Shown: positions 52,455 to 63,448 of the stretch, piece after piece
Layout: each line of letters starts with the position of its first letter
How positions within the stretch are numbered: position 1 is the stretch's first letter
Origin: Bythopirellula sp.
Lineage (GTDB): Bacteria > Planctomycetota > Planctomycetia > Pirellulales > Lacipirellulaceae
Length of the DNA stretch: 64,000 nucleotides
Assembly (NCBI GenBank): GCA_965216565.1
Contig: OZ244170.1
Location: 224,001-288,000, forward strand
Direction of reading: 5' to 3'
Position numbers and translations under genes: made by a program
The notes under the pieces: model-generated
What the model saw: only the letters and a program-made list of their open reading frames with translations
Databases searched by the model: none
Told to the model about the DNA's origin: nothing

Positions 52455-52514
52455 CTAAGTCCCGAGTCGGGATAGCTCTAGTAATAACAAGCTTAGTAGG
52501 GATTCGAGTGGCAT
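52455..52514 (-). CDS. leuL: leu leader peptide MPLESLLSLLLLELSRLGT
   Basis: 19 codons with 9 Leu (CTC CTA CTA TTG TTA TTA CTA CTA CTC). CTTAGGGTTC at the stop is complementary to the terminator 5' arm. Confidence 0.88.
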   Translation of the reverse strand: MPLESLLSLLLLELSRLGT

Positions 52515-52573
52515 TTTTCGCTTCTAAGTGAATGGGCCGCTGATATTCGTCTCACCGGCGACTTCATTAGATT

Positions 52574-52602
52574 AATGTACTGGACTCACCGAGGTGGGTC
52601 AA
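52574..52602 (-). promoter_or_regulatory. sigma70-type promoter for leuL-leuA
   Basis: TTGACC, 17 bp, TACATT on the minus strand. Confidence 0.6.
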
Positions 52603-52821
52603 GGTTCGCTCGGGCAAGACTTCACGTCTCGATCTGGTCTCACGACCGTCATAATACTCCTCTTCGGCTCTCTGGGCATCGATCTCCTTGGTTCTCGGTG
52701 AATTGACAATGAGGCTGGTGGACAACGCCCAGCGAGTGTCCCATCTATTTCATTAGGGGCATTCCAAGCCCCGCTATTCTAAGCCCCGATATGCAGTCCG
52801 AACCAGACGTCAGGGATACCT

Positions 52822-54168
52822 ATGGAAACTACATTCGACAGCACTTTGCAAGCTGCCCAGGCCGCTTTGGCGGTGGCACAAGGCGGAGAAACTCCGCCCT
52901 CAGCTAACAATACATCGCCGGTTCGATTTCTGCCTTTGGAACCCCAGGATTTCGAAGAGCTGGGAATTTCTCAAGACAAGCTGGAAGGACTTGTTCTGAA
53001 GTTGCTGCTCTATCGTGGCAATTTTACGGGACGAAACGTCGCCGATAGTTTGCAACTTCCTCGGCCTTTGGTTGTCGAGACACTGGAGACGCTACGGGCT
53101 GAACTGCTGATTGCAATCAAGGGTTCGGCAGGACTGGAAGACTATATATTCCACCTGACCGAAGCCGGACACGAACGCGCGGCTCGACTCGCCAAACGAT
53201 GTAGCTATGCGGGAGTCGCCCCTGTGCCGTTTGAGAGCTACGTAAATTCGATTGAGAAGCAATCATTGCGACAAAGCAAGCTTAGCAGTACCGCCTTGAA
53301 GGAAGCTTTCCACGGTTTGCGGCTTAGCGAGACATTGCTTAGCCAAATGGGACAAGCTGTCAACGACGGTCGTGGCCTGTTCCTTTACGGACCTCCCGGC
53401 AACGGCAAGACTAGTATTTCGGAGTTGGTGGTAGGTTCGTTTGGCGAATTTGTTTGGATTCCTCATACCATCACCATCGACGGGGAAATGGTTCGGCTAT
53501 ACGATCCCCGCAGCCATCAGGCGGTGGTAAACTCTGACCTCGATCAAATGAGTTATGACCGACGTTGGATCTTGATTCATCGTCCCACGATCGTCGTCGG
53601 TGGCGAATTGACAATGGAACAGCTGGACTTGCAGTTCAATTCCCAGACCGGCATTTGCGAGGCACCTGTTCAACTCCGTGCGAATTGCGGTGCCCTTGTG
53701 ATTGACGACTTCGGGCGTCAACGCATGCCAACTTCTGAGCTATTGAACCGGCTCATCATTCCAATGGAAAAACACCACGACTATATCAATCTGCCAAGTG
53801 GTCGACAGGTGGCGGTGCCATTCGATATGTTGACGGTGTTTTCAACCAATCTGAAACCGATGGACCTCGTCGACGAAGCATTTCTGCGTCGTATTCCCTA
53901 CAAGATCGAAGTGCAAGGTCCCTCGGAAGCCGAATTCGTTGAGTTATTCCTCGATCTGGCTCAACAAAGTGGACTGACTTGCACTCGGGAAGCAGTGGAG
54001 TACTTGCTCAAGCAGCACTACCAACCAAAGGATCGTCCCTTGCGGTATTGCCACCCGCGCGATTTGATTCGCCAGATTCGCAACTATTGCGAGTTTGAAG
54101 GTCAGCCGTCGGAGGTGAATCGTCAGTCGCTAGACGTAGCTGTGAAAAACTATTTTGCTGAGCTATAG
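52822..54168 (+). CDS. AAA+ ATPase of unknown function
   Basis: GPPGNGKT Walker A, LVIDDFGRQ Walker B, FSTN and AFLRRI. Confidence 0.85.
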   Translation: METTFDSTLQAAQAALAVAQGGETPPSANNTSPVRFLPLEPQDFEELGISQDKLEGLVLKLLLYRGNFTGRNVADSLQLPRPLVVETLETLRAELLIAIKGSAGLEDYIFHLTEAGHERAARLAKRCSYAGVAPVPFESYVNSIEKQSLRQSKLSSTALKEAFHGLRLSETLLSQMGQAVNDGRGLFLYGPPGNGKTSISELVVGSFGEFVWIPHTITIDGEMVRLYDPRSHQAVVNSDLDQMSYDRRWILIHRPTIVVGGELTMEQLDLQFNSQTGICEAPVQLRANCGALVIDDFGRQRMPTSELLNRLIIPMEKHHDYINLPSGRQVAVPFDMLTVFSTNLKPMDLVDEAFLRRIPYKIEVQGPSEAEFVELFLDLAQQSGLTCTREAVEYLLKQHYQPKDRPLRYCHPRDLIRQIRNYCEFEGQPSEVNRQSLDVAVKNYFAEL

Positions 54169-54331
54169 ACGCAAGCCGCGGTTGAGTCTCAAAATTGCCA
54201 TTCCCATCGATCAGTGCTAGCACTGCAATCGATATTGACCCATATCGCACATTGGGACAAATTTATGCTCTGCTCGGCACTTTTCTTTGCCGGCTTAACT
54301 GACCCAACCCTGTGCAAATGGAGGTGCACCG

Positions 54332-54913
54332 ATGAAGCGCGACCTGGATCTGGCACGACAGCTCTTGCTGGATATTGAGAACCGAGGCGCCGACTGCTCA
54401 TTGAGCGTCTTGCGATCTGGACCCGACCACGAATTTCAAGAGCGAATCCGCTATCATCTGCGACTATTAATTGATGCCAATCTCTTACAAGAAGTAGATC
54501 GTACCTCTTCCGGCGTACCTTGTGTGCGACTAACCCACGAAGGGCACGAGCTGATCGAACTCTCCCGCAGCGATTCGCGGTGGGGCGAAGCCAAGGCAAT
54601 TTGCCAGGATCGTACCGGTGGACTGTCACTTTCGTTCATTAAAACAATTCTGCTTCGATTTGCTACCAGCCGCCCACGACTACGGCGACCTCACCTGTCT
54701 CGACGGCTTCGCTATGAGCCCGAGTCTTATCGCGATTCGCTTAGCTATCGGGAATTTGATCGTCTTGAGGACCGCAGCTATATGATGGACGACGACGTTC
54801 GCTACGTCCGCGTAAGGGGTGGTCTCAACGGATGGCGTGAAGGACTCGACTTAGATGGCGACGGGATTGCCGACGTAGAGTACGATACGCCGCTGCACTC
54901 AGACTTGATCTGA
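54332..54913 (+). CDS. DUF2513-like winged-helix protein with Arg/Asp-rich tail
   Basis: MKRDLDLARQLLL..YHLRLL..RLTHEGHE. Confidence 0.75.
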   Translation: MKRDLDLARQLLLDIENRGADCSLSVLRSGPDHEFQERIRYHLRLLIDANLLQEVDRTSSGVPCVRLTHEGHELIELSRSDSRWGEAKAICQDRTGGLSLSFIKTILLRFATSRPRLRRPHLSRRLRYEPESYRDSLSYREFDRLEDRSYMMDDDVRYVRVRGGLNGWREGLDLDGDGIADVEYDTPLHSDLI

Positions 54914-54936
54914 ACTTAGCGGCTAAAAGATTAATC

Positions 54937-54973
54937 AGAGCCTGGGGGCAATAGTCTCCGGGCTCTTTTTTTT
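54937..54973 (+). terminator. Intrinsic terminator
   Basis: AGAGCCTGGGG...CTCCGGGCTCT plus a T-run, between convergent genes. Confidence 0.75.
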
Positions 54974-54984
54974 GTTGTGATCAA

Positions 54985-55962
54985 CTAGTGGAATAGTCGC
55001 TTTGCCTCGGCCGTGCCGCGTGCTTCGATTGCACGGTCTATCGCAGCCCGTTGTGAATTATCTAACGTCCAGCCCATAGCTGCTGCGCTCTCTTCTATCT
55101 GCCAGCGTCGACGGGCACCGCACAATGCGACCGTGATACCGGGCTGATTGATTGTCCAATTCACTACCACTTCGGCAACAGATCGCTCACACTCCTGGGC
55201 AATTCCGCGAAGCGTGTCGACAAACTCCTGATTGCGATCCCATTCTTCTCCTTGGTACATCGGGTAATTGCGCCGCGAATCGTCTTTGTCGAGCTGTTCG
55301 AGTTTTTCTAGTTGGCCTGCAAGTAATCCCTTCATCAAAGCCCAATAGACGATTACCGAGACTTCCTGCTCTTGGCACCAGGGGACGGTCTGCTGTTCGA
55401 TGTCGCGTTGCAACATGTTGTAAGGGAGTTGCACGGCCGTCAGGGGGCACGCTGCGTGAAACTCTTTGATTTGATCCAATTGGCAATTCGATGCTCCGGC
55501 GAATCGAACTTTGCCGGCAGCAATCAGCTCGGCAATCGCTCCTGCGGAATCGCTGACAGGAACTTGAGGATCTGGGGAGTGCAAATAGTAAAGTTCGACA
55601 TGATCGGTCCCGAGCCTAAGTAGACTCTCGTCGCATTCGGCCTTGATGGTATCGGGACGGGCATCCTGAGTTTGCTTGCCATCGTCGCCGTAGTGTATGC
55701 CGCATTTCGTGGCTAGAACGTACTCGTGGCGCTGTTCCGAGAGAGCGCGTCGGACCAGGTTCTCGCTCTCACCATTCGGACCATAGCAATAGGCCGTATC
55801 GATAAAGTTGATGCCAATGTCTAAGCAAGCTTGAAGTGCGAGGATGCTGTCTTGGTCATTAACATCTGCCGTCGAGGCCCCTGCCATAGGCCAAGTGCCT
55901 AATGAGACAGGCGACACCGGCAAGCCACTCTTGCCCAGCGGGCGAAGTATTTCATCTTTCAT
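54985..55962 (-). CDS. Aldo/keto reductase
   Basis: FIDTAYCYG, LATK, LYYLHSPD and GASN. Confidence 0.92.
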   Translation of the reverse strand: MKDEILRPLGKSGLPVSPVSLGTWPMAGASTADVNDQDSILALQACLDIGINFIDTAYCYGPNGESENLVRRALSEQRHEYVLATKCGIHYGDDGKQTQDARPDTIKAECDESLLRLGTDHVELYYLHSPDPQVPVSDSAGAIAELIAAGKVRFAGASNCQLDQIKEFHAACPLTAVQLPYNMLQRDIEQQTVPWCQEQEVSVIVYWALMKGLLAGQLEKLEQLDKDDSRRNYPMYQGEEWDRNQEFVDTLRGIAQECERSVAEVVVNWTINQPGITVALCGARRRWQIEESAAAMGWTLDNSQRAAIDRAIEARGTAEAKRLFH

Positions 55963-56164
55963 GGGTACCTTGGCAACTGTTGCGAAACCTTTGTCCTTCG
56001 GGTGATCTGCTCAATATAGGCGAGCTGGACCCGTTCGACCACCGACGCAACACCTGTTCAACGATTGCCAGGCACTTCATCTTGCTCTGCAAACCCAAAT
56101 TGCTAACATAACCTTATTCAACCGCACCCCCATCCGCGCGAGGCGGCAAGTCGCCGTTGTAAAG

Positions 56165-56920
56165 ATGCCCGACGATCAATACGAAGCCAGTGACCGTTTT
56201 GAAATCGAAGAGCCAGAAGCTTATCGCGAAAAGAGCGGGATGTCTGGCTGTCTCAAGGGATGCTTGATCGCCAGTGCGATTATGCTGGTCTTGGTCATCG
56301 TCGTTGGGATTTGGGTAGCACGGAATGTGAAAGGTTGGACGGCCGATATTACTTCGCAGGTGGTCAATGTTGTCATCGACGAGTCTGATCTTCCCGATCA
56401 AGAGAAAGTGGAGATCAAAGATCAGGTTGCACGTCTGACCGACGCATTCCGTGAGGGCGACCTTTCATTTGAACAGGCCGGTAAAGTCGTCGAGGACATC
56501 ATGAAATCGCCACTTATGCCTTCGATCGTCGTGGCAGGAATTGAACGCAAGTACTTTGAAGACTCTGGGCTTACCGAGGAAGAGAAGGAAGCGGGGCGTA
56601 CCGCGCTCAACCGATTTGTGACCGGCATGATTGAGGAGAAGATCGGAGAACAGGAATTCGAAGCGGCCATGAGCAAAATTGCCGTGAAGCAGCCAGATGG
56701 TCAATGGCAGATGCGAGATTCCGTCAGCGACGAAGAACTTCGTGGACTGATTGATTTTCTAAAGGAAAAAGCAGACGCGGCTGAGATCCCCGCGGAAGTT
56801 CAGCAAGTCGATCCTTCCGACGAGATGAAAAGGATTATTGATGCTGCTTTGGATGATTCTCTCCCCGCGGAGGAAGACCCCTCTCAAGAGGAGGCAGTCG
56901 AACAGGAAATACAGCTTTAG
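56165..56920 (+). CDS. Hypothetical single-TM acidic protein
   Basis: 251-aa ORF with GCLKGC + TM helix. Confidence 0.7.
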   Translation: MPDDQYEASDRFEIEEPEAYREKSGMSGCLKGCLIASAIMLVLVIVVGIWVARNVKGWTADITSQVVNVVIDESDLPDQEKVEIKDQVARLTDAFREGDLSFEQAGKVVEDIMKSPLMPSIVVAGIERKYFEDSGLTEEEKEAGRTALNRFVTGMIEEKIGEQEFEAAMSKIAVKQPDGQWQMRDSVSDEELRGLIDFLKEKADAAEIPAEVQQVDPSDEMKRIIDAALDDSLPAEEDPSQEEAVEQEIQL

Positions 56921-57274
56921 TGGTTGAACCCACGTGCTCTTTTTCTCTAGGAGATGTGAAAAACCCTTATCTGCAGCGGGGTTATGCAGTTTTTTTCGCG
57001 CAAATTCATCGCTTTGACCGCAATTTTCTTGATCGTACTGTAGCTAGTAACTAATTGTGGATAGAGAGGCTTGTACGAACAGATTCTACAGGCACGGAAC
57101 AACATCTTAAGTTGCGAAGTTGATGCTTCTGCCAGCTCGCTTTTTAAGATCGCTTGTCAAAAGAAGGTGGTTGTCTCTGCGCAAGGGCGTTGAGTCTTAG
57201 AGCAAGAGTGCTCAATCAAGGGCGAAAGCTCTTATTACACTTGCTATCTACAAATGGTTTGGGGGCGAAAGCTC

Positions 57275-58057
57275 ATGAAGTCGACTTACAGTACCGGTAC
57301 GCGCAGTGCCGGCAGAACCTACACCCTTGCTCTCGTCGCAGCTACTTGTCTGTGCATGCTTTCGATCCAGTCGACCTATGCGGGGTCGATTTTCTACGGC
57401 GACTATTCTGATATTCCTCCAGGCACAGTCATGTATCTGGATATCGAAGAATCCTCCGGCACCGATCCTGTGCCACCGGCCCTGTACGGCGCACCCACCA
57501 TCAGTGGTGACCAGTTAGACTTCAATCCTCCGGGATTTGTGGCTACTTCCACAGGTGGCCCACTGGATGTTACCGATGGCCAGCTGAACTTTACTCTGAT
57601 GGCTGCTCCCGGCGAGGGCTTTAGCTCTGTCGTGGTCAACGAAGGCGGCGACTACAGTTTTTCTGGAACTGGAGGAGCTGGAACAACAGTCAGTGCCAGT
57701 CTGAGTATCCGGGTTGAGATTCTAGAAATCGATAACACCCCACTCGCGAATTCTATTGTTCTGATTGGAACAGACTTTTTCGGCACCGACTATGCTTCCG
57801 CTGGTGGAACCGACACGGGGCTACTCAATTGGTCTCTCGACGCAGTCGCCGATTTAAGTCCCGCACTGGGTGGCTCGACCCTGGGTGTGACCAAAGCTGA
57901 TGTGGTGATCAACAACCAGCTCATCAGCAACAGCGAGTCCGACTCCTTAGCATTCATTGCTAAAAAGGACTTCAAGGTTAATCCTGTAATTCCTGAGCCT
58001 ACCGCTCTCGCGCTCTTTGGCTTGGGAAGTCTGCTGATTTGCTCGCGACGAAAGTAG
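57275..58057 (+). CDS. PEP-CTERM protein
   Basis: Signal peptide; IPEPTALALFGLGSLLICSRRK. Start 57254 or 57275. Confidence 0.82.
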   Translation: MKSTYSTGTRSAGRTYTLALVAATCLCMLSIQSTYAGSIFYGDYSDIPPGTVMYLDIEESSGTDPVPPALYGAPTISGDQLDFNPPGFVATSTGGPLDVTDGQLNFTLMAAPGEGFSSVVVNEGGDYSFSGTGGAGTTVSASLSIRVEILEIDNTPLANSIVLIGTDFFGTDYASAGGTDTGLLNWSLDAVADLSPALGGSTLGVTKADVVINNQLISNSESDSLAFIAKKDFKVNPVIPEPTALALFGLGSLLICSRRK

Positions 58058-58094
58058 ACGCGCTTCGACTGAGCAAACCAGTTAGATTCACTAC

Positions 58095-59471
58095 TTAGAG
58101 ATTCGACAGTACGCCTGTCGAATCTCCAAAGCGTGGTAGAGAGTCGATACCCATTTTCTCTGCAAGGGCCAGATAGAGATTGCACATCGGCTTCGATTTA
58201 TGGTCGACATAGCGGCCCGGGGCTAGAACACCGCCTCCGCCTCCAGCCAGTACGATTGGTAGGTTTCTATGCGTGTGACGATTGCCGTCGGAGTTGCCGC
58301 TTCCGTAGACGATCATTGAGTTATCGAGAAGCGAATTGCCATCGACGTCTTCTATCTCAGCAAGCCGCGAGAGAAAACTGCTCAACTGCGTGACGTACCA
58401 GCGGTCGATCTCGCTGATCTTCTGCATGGTCTCTTCCACATTGCGATGATGACTCAGATTGTGATGCCCTTCAGAAATGCCAATGTGCGAAAACGAGCGG
58501 TTGCTGCCATCGTGCGATAACATGAATGTGGCAATGCGAGTTGAATCTGTTTGAAACGCGAGCAGAAGCATTTCAAACATCAGCTCTAAGTACTCGGGGT
58601 AATCCTTCGGTATTCCCAGGGGAGCCTGTATCGCAGGAGCATGCTGAGATGTTATTTGCTCCGACTTCTCGATCCGAGATTCCAGTTCCCGCACACCAGT
58701 CAGATATTGGTCGAGCTTGACAAGATCGTGGGCCCCTAGAGTTTTCTTGACCCTGCGGGCATCGTCTCGCGCAAAGTCGAGAATCGAACGCTGTTGCTGA
58801 CGTCGACGCTCTAAATTCGCTAGCCGCTCGTGGGGTTTGCCGGCACCAAACATTCGCTCGAAGAGCAATCGTGGATTCGATTCAGGCGTCTTGGGCGTCG
58901 AAGGGGAACTCCACGACATATTGTAGCTGTAGGCACACGAATATCCCGAGTCGCAGTTGCCCGTCGTTCGGACTGGCTCGCAGGAAAGTTCCAATGAACT
59001 GAACCGCGTAAGATGGCCAATCTCTTTTGCCATCGCTTGGTCGACTGAGATTCCCGAGCGAATATCGGTCGCGCTCTTGTTAATCCTGACGCCGGTGAGA
59101 AAGACTCCGCCTCCGCGGGCGTGATCTCCCCCTCCATCTTTGCCAGCCTCGGCATTTACTTGATCTAAGCCTCCCAAGACCTGGATCTGATCGCGTAACT
59201 TCGCAAGCGGTGCCAGTGATTGACTCAGTTCGAAGTTGGAGCCGGTCTGCTTGGGCCACCAAGTATCTTGAATCACGCCATTGGGAAAATACAGAAACGC
59301 AGTCCGTAGCGGGGCGCCTGTCGCCGTTTGAGCCAGTGCTTTCTTGGATTGCACATTTGCAATTGCACTGTTTGTACCCAGCGATGCGAAAGCCGGTAAA
59401 GCAATCGAAGCCCCAAGCCCACGCAGAAAATTCCGCCGCGAGGTTTCTTTAGTTGGTTGGTGCTGATGCAT
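58095..59471 (-). CDS. DUF1552 protein, Tat-exported
   Basis: SRRNFLRG, YFPNG, CDSGYSCAY, HHNLSHH and GNRH. Confidence 0.88.
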   Translation of the reverse strand: MHQHQPTKETSRRNFLRGLGASIALPAFASLGTNSAIANVQSKKALAQTATGAPLRTAFLYFPNGVIQDTWWPKQTGSNFELSQSLAPLAKLRDQIQVLGGLDQVNAEAGKDGGGDHARGGGVFLTGVRINKSATDIRSGISVDQAMAKEIGHLTRFSSLELSCEPVRTTGNCDSGYSCAYSYNMSWSSPSTPKTPESNPRLLFERMFGAGKPHERLANLERRRQQQRSILDFARDDARRVKKTLGAHDLVKLDQYLTGVRELESRIEKSEQITSQHAPAIQAPLGIPKDYPEYLELMFEMLLLAFQTDSTRIATFMLSHDGSNRSFSHIGISEGHHNLSHHRNVEETMQKISEIDRWYVTQLSSFLSRLAEIEDVDGNSLLDNSMIVYGSGNSDGNRHTHRNLPIVLAGGGGGVLAPGRYVDHKSKPMCNLYLALAEKMGIDSLPRFGDSTGVLSNL

Positions 59472-61584
59472 GCTTGTTCGATTGCTCGCGTCTGCTGCGT
59501 TGGAATGGGGCTGATAGCACAATGCCGCGGAGTAATACGCTGGACTTGCCGTCTTCAGCTTCGAGCTGCTCGACAATTCTGTCAACGCTCTGTACGTCAT
59601 GGTACTCTAGCCCGCGACCAACCGCAAAGGTCAGCATTTTTTCGGTCAAACATCGATAGAAGTCACGCTCGTGTTGGCTGATCAAGATCTGCTTCAAATC
59701 TCTGACACCTGCGAAAGAGCTTCCCGAAATTAACTCGCCACTGGGATCAATGGTTTTGCCATGCTCGGCTTCTCGCCAGGCCCCTAGTGCGTTGAAGTTT
59801 TCGAATGCGAGGCCAATCGGGTCCATCCGGTTATGACAGGAACTGCAAACTGGATCTTCTCGATGCTTGGCGAGTGACTGTCGCAAACTGGGTACGTCGG
59901 CGTCTTTCGGAAACCGGACTTCTGGCAAGTCAGGGATATCTGGCGGGGGTGGAGCCGGAGGCACGCCCAAGATGTTTTCTAAGACGTACAGCCCTCGTTT
60001 GACGGGTGATGTTCGATTGGGATTAGAAGTTGTGACCAACATTGTCCCTTGCGTCAGGATACCGCCGCGGGGACTGTCGGCAGGGAGCGAAACCTTGCGA
60101 ACCTTATCGCCCCACACACCTGCGATCCCATAATGCTTGGCAAGTTTGTCATTGAGAAATGCATAATCACAATCAATCAGTTCTAGCAGGGGGCGGTCCT
60201 CTTGAAACACATGCTGGAAGTGCATTTCTGTTTCTTCTTGCATGAGCGACTTGAGGGCATTGAAATCTCCTCGGTCAAATTCTTGATTTCTGGCCATTGC
60301 TTGGTCATATAGTTTCCGTGCTTTTCGCAACTCGTTCCTTTGTTCTTTCGTAAGCTCATCTGGTTGAATCGTGCGAAGCCGAACTTGTTCTCTGCGGAGC
60401 TTGGCCAGATTGGCATCGGGGGGGAGGTCGCGACGGATGATATCCGGGATCTCTAGGGTGACTTGTTTGATATCTCGACTTCCCAGCCATTGGCCAGCAA
60501 ACTGTTTGACGAATTGATTCCCGCGTGAATCGGCAAGCATGCGATCGATCTGTTGGGAAAGGTTCTCCCGCAATTGGCTCACACCAGCGAGACGCATAAG
60601 TTGTTCGTCGGGCATCGTCGACCAGAGGAAGTAGGACAAGCGAGATGCTAGCGAGAACTCATCTATGTAGGGAAACGCCTCATCGTCATTGGTATCGAGT
60701 TGCTCGATCTTAAACAGAAAACGGGGCGACGACAGCACACCGGCAATTGATTGTTGAATCGCCGACTCGAAAGGTTCGTTGTCCTCGGTGTGAGTGAGCA
60801 TCGTAAAATCGACGAGGCGCTGAAGAGTTTCTTCATCAACTGGTCGACGGTAGGCGCGAGTTGCGAACGAACGAAAAAACGTCTGCAGAAACTCAGGCTG
60901 TTGTTCGGATGAAGAAGGGAGCGTTGCGCCAAAAAAGTTGCGTTGCCCTTCCAGGTCCGATGACAGCGGCATGGCCTGTTCGGTAATTGTTTTGGCTGCT
61001 TGGACGTATTTTTCTAAATGTAAAGGAGACATGTTCAGCACTTCGCCTAGATTGTCGAAGCCATGCCCACTGTCGTCGGGTGGAAAGTTGGTTTCTGTGT
61101 CGTAGTCGACTCCCAATAGATCGCGAACTGTGTTGCGATACTCCACTCGATTTAGCCGACGCAGGGTGACGCGCCCCGGATTTGGCTGGCCAGGTACAAA
61201 GAGGAACACATCGCTTTTAATCCAGTCGACTAGCTGTTCTCTCTGCGTGGTATCCAAAGAGAAAGCATCAGGCGGCGGCATGAGCTCTGCTTGCAGCATC
61301 TTCAGCACGCGCCACCAAAATTCAGGGTCGCCCTTGGCTGCCGCAGAAGACTCAAACTGATCAAGGGCCACGCCGCCCTCGGCCATGCCATAGCCGTGAC
61401 AGTCGTAACACGATTCGGCCAAGATCGGCTCGATCTCGCTGAGGAACTTGTCTTTCGACAAATCTTCCGCGTTGCTGGAAGCCAAGTTTAAAGCTAGAGC
61501 CAACGCGCAGCAGGATAGCGCGAAACTGCTATTCCAAGCAAATCGGAGAGGAAGCTGCGATCGATTTCGACCTGAGGCGAGCAT
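59449..61584 (-). CDS. Planctomycete cytochrome c protein (DUF1587/1592/1588/1585/1595)
   Basis: CYDCH and CSSCH; RRLNRVEYRNT, LASRLSYFLW and TSPVKRG. Confidence 0.9.
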   Translation of the reverse strand: MLASGRNRSQLPLRFAWNSSFALSCCALALALNLASSNAEDLSKDKFLSEIEPILAESCYDCHGYGMAEGGVALDQFESSAAAKGDPEFWWRVLKMLQAELMPPPDAFSLDTTQREQLVDWIKSDVFLFVPGQPNPGRVTLRRLNRVEYRNTVRDLLGVDYDTETNFPPDDSGHGFDNLGEVLNMSPLHLEKYVQAAKTITEQAMPLSSDLEGQRNFFGATLPSSSEQQPEFLQTFFRSFATRAYRRPVDEETLQRLVDFTMLTHTEDNEPFESAIQQSIAGVLSSPRFLFKIEQLDTNDDEAFPYIDEFSLASRLSYFLWSTMPDEQLMRLAGVSQLRENLSQQIDRMLADSRGNQFVKQFAGQWLGSRDIKQVTLEIPDIIRRDLPPDANLAKLRREQVRLRTIQPDELTKEQRNELRKARKLYDQAMARNQEFDRGDFNALKSLMQEETEMHFQHVFQEDRPLLELIDCDYAFLNDKLAKHYGIAGVWGDKVRKVSLPADSPRGGILTQGTMLVTTSNPNRTSPVKRGLYVLENILGVPPAPPPPDIPDLPEVRFPKDADVPSLRQSLAKHREDPVCSSCHNRMDPIGLAFENFNALGAWREAEHGKTIDPSGELISGSSFAGVRDLKQILISQHERDFYRCLTEKMLTFAVGRGLEYHDVQSVDRIVEQLEAEDGKSSVLLRGIVLSAPFQRSRREQSNKHASAPTN

Positions 61585-61680
61585 GGGGGAGGCGACGCGG
61601 CGGGGGAGGGCGGGGCTCGAGGTGTCAGTCCGCAGTTTACCAGCTTCTGAGTCGCAACGGGTGCGATTTCGCTGAGTTGT

Positions 61681-62952
61681 TTATTTTCCGATTCGATAAA
61701 GATGCGTCGTGCTGCGCAAAATAAGGGAGTTTTCAACTAACGCTGGGGTCGCATAAAATCCATTGGGAAACGTATTTTTCGCTAGAACCTTAAACTCCGG
61801 GGCGGCTTTGATGACGAAGACCTCCCCCTCCTTATTCCCGCAATAGAGACGGCCGTCGGCAAGAATTGGCGACGACCAAAATTGACCGCTGAGCCGCTGC
61901 GACCAAAACTTCTGCCCACTTCTGGCGGCCAGGCATGTTGCAACCCCGTTGTCCCCAAACATGAACAGCCCGCCGTTGGTGACGATCACTGACCCACGCT
62001 GTGGGACTGCCTTGCGAGTGCTCCAGACTATTTGTGGTGATTCAGATACACTCTCAGGGGGCCGCACCGCAATCAAACTGTTGTCTCCGGTTCCGGCATT
62101 GATATAGACGAGCCCATATTCATGAATGGGGGCCGTCGAAGCATTCATTCCCCCATGCCGTACGCGCCACAATTCATCGCCATCGGCAGGATCGTAGACA
62201 ATCGTTTCCACTGCGGCTGGACTAACCATCTGCCTTTGACCATTCAAATCAATCAACGTCGGCGTGCCGTAGGCCTTCTTGAAGTCTCCCACATCAGTGC
62301 CATAGTCGATGTCACGATCTCTCCGCCAGATCGTCTTTCCGGAGTACTTGTCGAGCGCAATAACGTACTGCTGATCGATGCCATCAAAGTGGATGAGTAG
62401 ATTGTTGCCTTCGACAACGGGGGACGACGCTGGGCCCCGGAAATGGTCGCAAGGTAAGTCTTGTCGCTGCCACAGAACTTCACCCGTCTCGTTATCAATA
62501 CACGCCGTGCCGCTCGAACCATAGTGAACGAACACGCGATCCGACTCAGCGTAGGGTGTGCAAGAGGCATAAGAGTTTGCCGGATGACAGAACGCTGGTT
62601 GCTCGATCTCAAAGACCAACAAGTCGTGAACAACTTCGCCGGTCTCTAGATCAATACACAGAGCGGACAGCTCTTTGCCGTCCTCAGTAGCCGTGGTGAG
62701 CCAAACTTGCTGATCCCAAACGACTGGCGACGACCAACCTTTGCCGTGGATTGGGGTCTTCCAACGGACGTTCTTCGTCTCTGAAAACTCGACGGGAGGC
62801 TTGCAGCCCTGCATCGTGCCGGTGCCATCGGGCCCCCGGTACCGGTTCCAGTAATTCTGTTCGGCTACCGATGCCACTGTCGACAACGTGACTAGCAGTC
62901 CTAGGGCAAGCCCGACAGAATTCCGCCAGGCAACGATTCGAGGGGCAATCAT
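61681..62952 (-). CDS. PQQ-like beta-propeller (BamB-like) protein
   Basis: WNRYRGP, GWSSPV, SSP repeats and TGEVLW. Confidence 0.85.
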   Translation of the reverse strand: MIAPRIVAWRNSVGLALGLLVTLSTVASVAEQNYWNRYRGPDGTGTMQGCKPPVEFSETKNVRWKTPIHGKGWSSPVVWDQQVWLTTATEDGKELSALCIDLETGEVVHDLLVFEIEQPAFCHPANSYASCTPYAESDRVFVHYGSSGTACIDNETGEVLWQRQDLPCDHFRGPASSPVVEGNNLLIHFDGIDQQYVIALDKYSGKTIWRRDRDIDYGTDVGDFKKAYGTPTLIDLNGQRQMVSPAAVETIVYDPADGDELWRVRHGGMNASTAPIHEYGLVYINAGTGDNSLIAVRPPESVSESPQIVWSTRKAVPQRGSVIVTNGGLFMFGDNGVATCLAARSGQKFWSQRLSGQFWSSPILADGRLYCGNKEGEVFVIKAAPEFKVLAKNTFPNGFYATPALVENSLILRSTTHLYRIGK

Positions 62953-63013
62953 GACGGCTCTTCTCCAAAAACCTTTGCCTCTTTAGCATCAGATCCGTTT
63001 CGATGCCAACACG

Positions 63014-63448
63014 CTACTCTTCAGATATCTCCAACTTCTGAATTTTGTCGCCCTGTTCAATCGAGTCGACAACTTTCTGACCGTCTCCCAGCACTTTTCC
63101 AAACACAGAGTGTTTGCCATCGAGCCACGGGGTGGCTACGTGCGTGATGAAAAACTGCGAGCCATTTGTATTGGGGCCGGCATTGGCCATGGAGAGGATG
63201 CCCGGCTCGTCGTGCTTGAGTTCTGGATGGAACTCGTCTTCAAAAGTATAGCCCGGTCCGCCGGTGCCTGTTCCTTGCGGGCAGCCACCTTGAACCATGA
63301 AATCGTCGATCACTCGATGGAAAACCAGGCCGTCGTAAAAGCCATCGCCGGCAAGCTTTTCGAAGTTGGCCACAGTGTTGGGAGTTTTGTCAGCAAACAG
63401 CTCAAGGCGAATCTCGCCCTTGTCCGTAGTGAATGTGGCAACTTTCAT
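63014..63448 (-). CDS. Cyclophilin-type peptidyl-prolyl isomerase
   Basis: [29 protein letters not shown] and [10 protein letters not shown]. Confidence 0.96.
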   Translation of the reverse strand: MKVATFTTDKGEIRLELFADKTPNTVANFEKLAGDGFYDGLVFHRVIDDFMVQGGCPQGTGTGGPGYTFEDEFHPELKHDEPGILSMANAGPNTNGSQFFITHVATPWLDGKHSVFGKVLGDGQKVVDSIEQGDKIQKLEISEE

